The translations under genes and the position numbers were made by a program. 64,000 bases of DNA, from the NCBI GenBank assembly GCA_963555985.3, contig OY820591.1, positions 832,001-896,000 on the forward strand, given 5' to 3'. Shown here piece by piece: positions 58,404 through 64,000 of the stretch (position 1 is the stretch's first letter; the number at the start of each line of letters is the position of its first letter). The notes under the pieces were generated by a model. The model searched no databases. It was not told the origin of the DNA and saw only the letters and a list, made by a program, of their open reading frames with translations. This stretch comes from Dehalococcoidia bacterium. GTDB taxonomy: Bacteria > Chloroflexota > Dehalococcoidia > Bin125.

Positions 58404-59612
58404 ATGGTGACCGAAGAAGTCCAGGCCGAAACTACTGCTTTCACGCTGGCTCGTGAGCGCTATGAGGGAGAACTCATGGATGCGCTCAGCGTTAGCCAGC
58501 GCGTGATCTCCGCTGACTCGCACATCATCGAGCCGGGTGATCTATGGACGAGCAGAATCGACGCGCAGTACCGCGAGCGCGGCCCGCACATTGAGATGCA
58601 AGGCACGCTGCCCGACGGCAGGGTCGAGGAAGGCCAGTTCATGGTCGTTGAGGGCGCTGTACCCCAGCGCGTCGCCGGCTTTGCCGCAGCCAACGTGGAT
58701 CCCGAGGATCGGGCCGAGGCGAACAAGCGCGGTTATGAGCAGATTCGTCCGGGTGCCTGGGATCCGGTCGAGCGCTTGAAGGACCAGGATATTGACGGGA
58801 TCGTGAGCGAGGTGATCTACCCCTCGATGGCGATGCCGTACTTCAGCTTGCCGGACACCGGGCTGCAACAGGCTGTCTTCCGCGCGTACAACGACTGGAT
58901 CGCGGAGTTCTGCTCGCACTCTCCGCAGCGGCTTGTGGGACTGGGCATGATCTGCACCGACGATGTCGACGAGGCGTGCGCCGAACTGCGGCGAGCGCGC
59001 AATCTCGGTCTGCGCGGAGCACTGATTCCCAACTCGCTTGCGCCCGAAGGGAGCTACGGCGACCCGGCCTTTGATCCGCTCTGGGCGACGGCGGCCGAGC
59101 TGGACATGCCGCTCTCGATGCACATTCTGACCGGTCGGTACCGGCCCGCCGGGGCAGCGGCGGACCCGTGGTTGGTCTGGTACATGGACTTGCCTGCGCC
59201 GGCGATGAAGTCGATTACCTCGATGCTGTGCTCGGGCGTGTTCAGCCGGCACCCGAATCTCAAGGTCATCTCGGTCGAGAACGACATTGGCTGGCTTGGG
59301 CACTACCTGTATCGGCTACAGCACGGCTGGGACGAGTTCCGTTACATGCTCAACCTAGAGCAGGACCTGTCGCCCAACGAGTACTTCGCGCGCAACATCT
59401 GGGCCACGTTCCAGAGCGATCCGGTAGGCGTACAAACGCGCGAGCAGATTGGGATCGAGCGGTTGATGTGGGGTTCGGATTATCCCCACGGGGATAGCAC
59501 CTGGCCGGAGTCGCGGCCGACGATCAACTTCAACTTCCAGGGAGTCGAACAGGACGACATTGCGGCGATCTGTTACGACACCGTGGCGGAGCTGTACGGG
59601 ATCGAGTTGTAG
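58404..59612 (+). CDS. Amidohydrolase family (Amidohydro_2) protein
   Basis: ISADSHIIEP, RLKDQDIDG, RAYNDW, LMWGSDYPH. Confidence 0.9.
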   Translation: MVTEEVQAETTAFTLARERYEGELMDALSVSQRVISADSHIIEPGDLWTSRIDAQYRERGPHIEMQGTLPDGRVEEGQFMVVEGAVPQRVAGFAAANVDPEDRAEANKRGYEQIRPGAWDPVERLKDQDIDGIVSEVIYPSMAMPYFSLPDTGLQQAVFRAYNDWIAEFCSHSPQRLVGLGMICTDDVDEACAELRRARNLGLRGALIPNSLAPEGSYGDPAFDPLWATAAELDMPLSMHILTGRYRPAGAAADPWLVWYMDLPAPAMKSITSMLCSGVFSRHPNLKVISVENDIGWLGHYLYRLQHGWDEFRYMLNLEQDLSPNEYFARNIWATFQSDPVGVQTREQIGIERLMWGSDYPHGDSTWPESRPTINFNFQGVEQDDIAAICYDTVAELYGIEL

Positions 59613-59659
59613 CCGGGTTTTGCTCTCCAGGCGTTCAATGGCAATGCGCTAGCACCGAC

Positions 59660-59783
59660 TCCGTCATTGCCGCGCCGCACCTCCGTCATACCCGCGCTTG
59701 CCGCGGGTATCTCGCCGAGTCGAGCACAGAGGTCAGTGCAGAACACGGCGGGATTGCCGCGTCGGAGCGCGGCAATGACGGAA
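59660..59783. repeat. Cluster of REP-like palindromes, family A (inverted pair plus partial copy)
   Basis: TCCGTCATACCCGCGCTTGCCGCGGGTATCTCGCCG ... GGATTGCCGCGTCGGAGCGCGGCAATGACGGA, between convergent genes. Confidence 0.8.
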
Positions 59784-59813
59784 CCCAAGATCACGCATCC
59801 CCACGGCCGCTCC

Positions 59814-60719
59814 CTAGCCGAAGAGGCGGCCGCCCTCGATGGCCGGTTTGAAGACTCGCTCGATCTCCTCGCCGGCTCGCTCGACGGTCCAGCGCTCGTT
59901 GCCGGAGAGGTTTCGGATCACCTCGTACTGCGAGTAGAGGCCGATGTCGTAGCCCATCGCCTGGATCACCTGGCCGTTGAGCCAGTCGGAGGCTTCGGAG
60001 GCGATGTAGACCAGCGGCACGGCGACGTTGGCGGGCGAGCGGCGAGGGTCAACGACAGTCTCTGAGTCCTCGTCGAAACCGCGTGAGCGGCGCTCCTGCG
60101 GCACCGTGTCGGTCATGCGGGTGGATGCGCCCGGGCCGATTGCGTTTGAGGTGACGCCGTAGCGTCCCAGCGCGTTGGCGCAGCTGTAGGTGAAGCCGAC
60201 GATGCCGAGCTTGGCGGCGGCGTAGTTGGGCTGACCGGGCGCGCCGTGCAGGCCGGAGCCGGAGGTGAAGTTGATCAGGCGGTAGTGGCCTTCGCGGTTG
60301 GCGCGCCAGTAGATCGAGGCGTACTTGGTCGTGTTGAAGGTGCCCTTCATGTGCACCGCTACGACCGCGTCCCACTCTTCCTCGGTCATGTTGAAGACCA
60401 TCCGGTCGCGCAGGTTGCCGGCCACGTTGACGAGGATGTCGAGCCGTCCGTAGCTGTCCAGCGCCTGCTGGATGATCCCCTCTGCGCCGTCGTAGTCGGC
60501 GACCGAGGTGTAGTTGGCGACGGCGTCGCCGCCGGCGTCGCGGATGGCGGCGACGGTCTCGTCGGCGGGTCCGGCCTCGCCGCCGGTACCGTCCACAGCG
60601 CCGCCGAGGTCGTTGACGACGACGCTGGCGCCGTTGGCGGCGAAGAGCTTCGAGACTTCCGAGCCGATTCCGCGGCCCGCGCCGGTGACAATCGCGACGC
60701 GTCCGTCGAGCATTCCCAT
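59814..60719 (-). CDS. Short-chain dehydrogenase/reductase (paralogue B)
   Basis: TGAGRGIG, VVVNDLG, NYAAAK. Confidence 0.93.
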   Translation of the reverse strand: MGMLDGRVAIVTGAGRGIGSEVSKLFAANGASVVVNDLGGAVDGTGGEAGPADETVAAIRDAGGDAVANYTSVADYDGAEGIIQQALDSYGRLDILVNVAGNLRDRMVFNMTEEEWDAVVAVHMKGTFNTTKYASIYWRANREGHYRLINFTSGSGLHGAPGQPNYAAAKLGIVGFTYSCANALGRYGVTSNAIGPGASTRMTDTVPQERRSRGFDEDSETVVDPRRSPANVAVPLVYIASEASDWLNGQVIQAMGYDIGLYSQYEVIRNLSGNERWTVERAGEEIERVFKPAIEGGRLFG

Positions 60720-60746
60720 GATGTTGGTTCCTTTCTGGAGCGGCCT

Positions 60747-61652
60747 CTAGCCGTAGAAGCCGCCGCCGGCGACGGCCGGCTTGAAGATCTCTTCGATCTG
60801 GGCCGCCGCGCCCTCGACGCTCCAGCGTTCGGTTCCGCGCATCTGGCGGATCACGGCGGGCTTGTTGAAGAGCTGGAGGTCGTAGCCGGACGCGCCCACG
60901 ATCTGGCCGTTGAGCCAGTCGGACTGCTCGGAGGCGATGTAAACGAGCGGAATGGCGACGTTGGCGGGCGAGCGCTGCGGGTCCTCTTCGGTCGAATCGC
61001 CGATGTTGCTGCCCTCGCGGCGTCGTTCCTCGGGCACGGTGTCGGTCATGCGGGTGGAGGCGCCGGGCGAGATCGCGTTGGCGGTCGCGCCGTAGCGTCC
61101 GAGCGCGTTGGCGCAGCTGTAGGTGAAGCCGACGATGCCCATCTTGGCGGCGGCGTAGTTGGGCTGTCCGGGCGCGCCGAAGATGCCGGAGACCGAAGAG
61201 AAGTTGATCAGGCGGTAGTGGCCCTTGCGGTTGGCGCGCCAGTGGATCGAGGCGTACTTGGTCAGGTTGAAGTGGCCCTTGAGGTGGACATTGAGGACGG
61301 CGTCCCACTCTTCTTCGGTCATGTTGAAGACCATCCGGTCGCGGAGGATGCCGGCGGTGTTGACGACGATATCGAGGTCGCCGAAGTTGTCGAGCGCGTC
61401 GCGGACGATGCTCTCGGAGGCGTTGTAGTCGGCCACCGAAACGTGGTTGGCCACCGCTTCGCCGCCGGCGTCGCGGATCGCGGCGACGGTTGCGTCGGCC
61501 GGGCCGGCGTCTGCGCCGCTGCCGTCGACCGCGCCGCCGAGGTCGTTGACCACGACCTTGGCGCCTTCGGCGGCAAAGAGCTTCGCGGTTTCGGCGCCGA
61601 TCCCGCGTCCTGCGCCGGTGACGATTGCCACGCGGCCGTCAAGCATTCCCAT
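60747..61652 (-). CDS. Short-chain dehydrogenase/reductase (paralogue A)
   Basis: TGAGRGIG, NTAGILRD, NYAAAK; same length as its neighbour. Confidence 0.93.
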   Translation of the reverse strand: MGMLDGRVAIVTGAGRGIGAETAKLFAAEGAKVVVNDLGGAVDGSGADAGPADATVAAIRDAGGEAVANHVSVADYNASESIVRDALDNFGDLDIVVNTAGILRDRMVFNMTEEEWDAVLNVHLKGHFNLTKYASIHWRANRKGHYRLINFSSVSGIFGAPGQPNYAAAKMGIVGFTYSCANALGRYGATANAISPGASTRMTDTVPEERRREGSNIGDSTEEDPQRSPANVAIPLVYIASEQSDWLNGQIVGASGYDLQLFNKPAVIRQMRGTERWSVEGAAAQIEEIFKPAVAGGGFYG

Positions 61653-62179
61653 GGGTTCTGTTCCTCTCGGTGCTCACAGGTTGTTCCGCCAATCTGATTT
61701 CGGCGGGGGTCGCGGCGTCGCAGATTTGCCGCGCACACTGTGGCGCAGGCTATCACCGGAGTTGGCTATCTTCCGCCAAGTGTTGGGCTGTTGGCGGCGG
61801 GAGGAATTTCTGGGCGTGCGGGACGAATTTGCCGCTGTGCGCGGGGAATTCGGCGGCAGGTAGTCCGGAAAAGTCCAGATTTGTCCCGTTCTGCCTGGAT
61901 TTTGGCAGTGTTTTGAGCGGAAATGAGAGTGTGAATCCTGGTCTGTCCAGATCTGTTTGAGCGGGTGTCGGCGGTCATAGCGGGTTTCGTTGGTTGTGGA
62001 CGGGAGGTTCGATGGGGCTGATCGTATACGGACAAGAGTTCTGTGGCGGATTGGGTGGAGTGGAGTGTTGCGGGAGGCACAGTCTGGGTTTGGGGCAGCG
62101 ACTGGGATCGCGAGAATGCAGTCGGCTTCTCTCTGTCTCCTACCTCCGAAGGCCGTCGCGTCGCCATCCGCAGCTCTGT

Positions 62180-62276
62180 TCCGTCATTGCCGCGCTTGTC
62201 GCGGCAATCTCGATGTGTTGGAGGCGGCGGTGCTGTTCACGGCGAGATACCCGCGGCAAGCGCGGGTATGACGGAG
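62180..62276. repeat. Inverted pair of REP-like palindromes, family A
   Basis: TCCGTCATTGCCGCGCTTGTCGCGGCAATCTCG ... CGAGATACCCGCGGCAAGCGCGGGTATGACGGA. Confidence 0.8.
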
Positions 62277-62296
62277 TTAGATATGCGTAACAGGCA

Positions 62297-62656
62297 CTAG
62301 TGGCGGGGGCCGCGGCGGTTGGGGTCGGGGAGGGTGTCGGTGACTTGGCGGGTTCCGACCGTCTCGGTGATTACCGGTTCGTAGAGGCCGAGCTGCGGCG
62401 GGCCCGCCAACACGCCGGCGACGGTGCCTTGGGCGTGACCTTTGCGGAACGCCTCCGATTGCGTCCAGGCATGGAATGCCGCCTGGTCCTCCCAGACCGA
62501 GTAGGAGATGTAGTCGCCCGGCTCGGCTCCGCGCAAGAGCATGAACTGGATGAATCCGGGCACGTCCTGCAAGTAGGTCTCGCGGTTCTTCCAGATCGCC
62601 TCCCAGTCGGCCTCGCGCTCCTTGTTCACGTGAAAGCGGTTCATGGCCAGATACAT
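62297..62656 (-). CDS. Antibiotic biosynthesis monooxygenase family protein (IsdG/HmuD-like)
   Basis: MYLAMNRF, VPGF..F.LLRG, WEDQAAF.AWT.SEAFRKGH. Confidence 0.85.
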   Translation of the reverse strand: MYLAMNRFHVNKEREADWEAIWKNRETYLQDVPGFIQFMLLRGAEPGDYISYSVWEDQAAFHAWTQSEAFRKGHAQGTVAGVLAGPPQLGLYEPVITETVGTRQVTDTLPDPNRRGPRH

Positions 62657-62745
62657 CGTTTGCGCCTTTCTCAATTCTGTGTTCGGCGGTGTTCGCTGGT
62701 GGCGGCAGGCTTCGCAGATGCAATGTCCGCGTAGACTGAGCCTAG

Positions 62746-63348
62746 ATGAGAGTAGCTTTGCCACTCCGCTTTCCGGCCGCATTCGCTGTTCTGGTTGCGA
62801 TTAGTGCGACCGCCCTTGCCTGTTCCGGCGGCGTTTCCTCCGACGAACTGGAGGCGCTTGAGCGCGAGGCGGCGCTCAATGCCGAGTCCGCCCGCCGCGC
62901 GCAGGTGATCACGGCGCTCGAACCGCTCAATCCGCTTCACTACCACCACCTCGACGCAATCGTACGCAACGAGGAGCGGATCCCGTCCGACGCGGTGATC
63001 TGGGCGACTCGCGCCGAGCTTGTCCTCGGCTGGGTCGATTGGCCGCATGAACTGCGTCCCCACGTTGAGCAGTACAGCGAGTGGTTGGCTGCGCTGCTTG
63101 CCGCGATGCGTGAGGACGATGCGGAAGCAGCAGCCGAACCCTCGCGGATCACACACGCGCTCGCACATACCTTTGAGGCATCGGTGATCGCGTGGCTCGA
63201 GGGGCGCAGCGTGCCCGAACCGCCAGAGCTCGCCGGTCTGGAGCCGCCGCCGCACGCCGGACATGAGGGCATGTCAGACGGACAGATGGAATCGATGCAG
63301 AGCGACGATGAGGCAAGCGATTCCTCCGGCCACAGCGAGCACGAGTAG
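62746..63348 (+). CDS. His-rich hypothetical lipoprotein
   Basis: ALAC lipobox; LHYHHLD, THALAH, His/Met-rich tail. Confidence 0.7.
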   Translation: MRVALPLRFPAAFAVLVAISATALACSGGVSSDELEALEREAALNAESARRAQVITALEPLNPLHYHHLDAIVRNEERIPSDAVIWATRAELVLGWVDWPHELRPHVEQYSEWLAALLAAMREDDAEAAAEPSRITHALAHTFEASVIAWLEGRSVPEPPELAGLEPPPHAGHEGMSDGQMESMQSDDEASDSSGHSEHE

Positions 63349-64000
63349 GAGTCTCGGCTTCGCGGGGCTGTTGGCAGTGTCGCTGGCGGCGCTGGGCCTG
63401 GGCTTGTTCGCCGGGTTTCGGCCCGCCAGCGCGCACGCCGCCTACGAGGAATCGGAGCCGCCCTTCGCAGCCGTGCTCGAGGCCTCACCTGAGCGGATTT
63501 TGCTGCGCTTCACACAGGAGCTCTTTCGGCGCGAAGGCGCGAACACGATCACGCTCACCAACCTCGACACCGCTGCGCCCGTCCGTCTCGGGCAGATTGA
63601 GATCGCCAATCAGGATCGGCACGTGATGTCCGCCGCTGTGCTGGAATCGTTGACCGTTGGTCGCTATGAGGTTGCTTGGACGAATCTCTCCGCCGAAGAC
63701 GGCGACGCCGACACCGGTGCGTATCCCTTCTACGTCGGGCGCGAACCGACCGCCGCGGAGGTCGAGTCGGATCGCGAGACCGCGATCGCGCTCCTGATTA
63801 CTTATCCCGGCGACAAATCGTTGGAAGTCGAGGACGCCAACACCGCCGTCACTGTGACTCCGACCGTCGTACGCGGCGCCAACGACTCCGAAGCGGTCGG
63901 CGGCGGGATTGGCCTTGGGGTCTGGATCTGGTTGGCGATTGGCGTGGTCGCGGCGGGCGGGCTGCTTGCGACGCTGCGGCGCAGTAGAGGGGGTCTGGAT
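63308..64000 (+). CDS. CopC-family copper-binding protein with C-terminal membrane anchor, runs off the window edge
   Basis: Manual translation: signal peptide ASA|HAAYEESEP..AVLEASPERILLRFTQEL...GRYEVAWTNLSAEDGDADTGAYPFYV. Confidence 0.8.
   Translation, partial: MRQAIPPATASTSRSLGFAGLLAVSLAALGLGLFAGFRPASAHAAYEESEPPFAAVLEASPERILLRFTQELFRREGANTITLTNLDTAAPVRLGQIEIANQDRHVMSAAVLESLTVGRYEVAWTNLSAEDGDADTGAYPFYVGREPTAAEVESDRETAIALLITYPGDKSLEVEDANTAVTVTPTVVRGANDSEAVGGGIGLGVWIWLAIGVVAAGGLLATLRRSRGGLD

Overview
High-GC bacterial chromosomal window. Three luciferase-like monooxygenases, a Tat-lipoprotein solute-binding protein with a Gln/Ala linker and tandem SDRs suggest Chloroflexota of the Dehalococcoidia/SAR202/Tepidiformales type (inference only). 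The backbone is housekeeping and metabolic: accC/accB, a PyrR-regulated pyrR-pyrB-pyrC-carA-(2 genes)-carB-pyrK operon, tRNA-Gly, an RpoD paralogue, aceB-aceA, a peptide-type ABC cassette without ATPases, M3 peptidase, an icd-like dehydrogenase, metH, nhaA, a xanthine-dehydrogenase-family trio and a CopC module. Small defence or selfish modules are scattered through it with no integrase or transposase in view: three paralogous BrnT-like toxin/antitoxin pairs; a BglII-type methyltransferase whose endonuclease is cut to 25 codons; a DUF5678-like/retropepsin pair between 71-bp direct repeats; a stand-alone HsdR-N nuclease-coiled-coil protein; and a FIST (NosP-like) sensor fused in frame to a MazE/DUF3018-like tail, followed by MazF and a methyltransferase-endonuclease fusion. 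The last is the best candidate for an undescribed system. Two families of REP-like palindromes recur in intergenic DNA. All family calls come from motif recognition by eye; no database searches were run.
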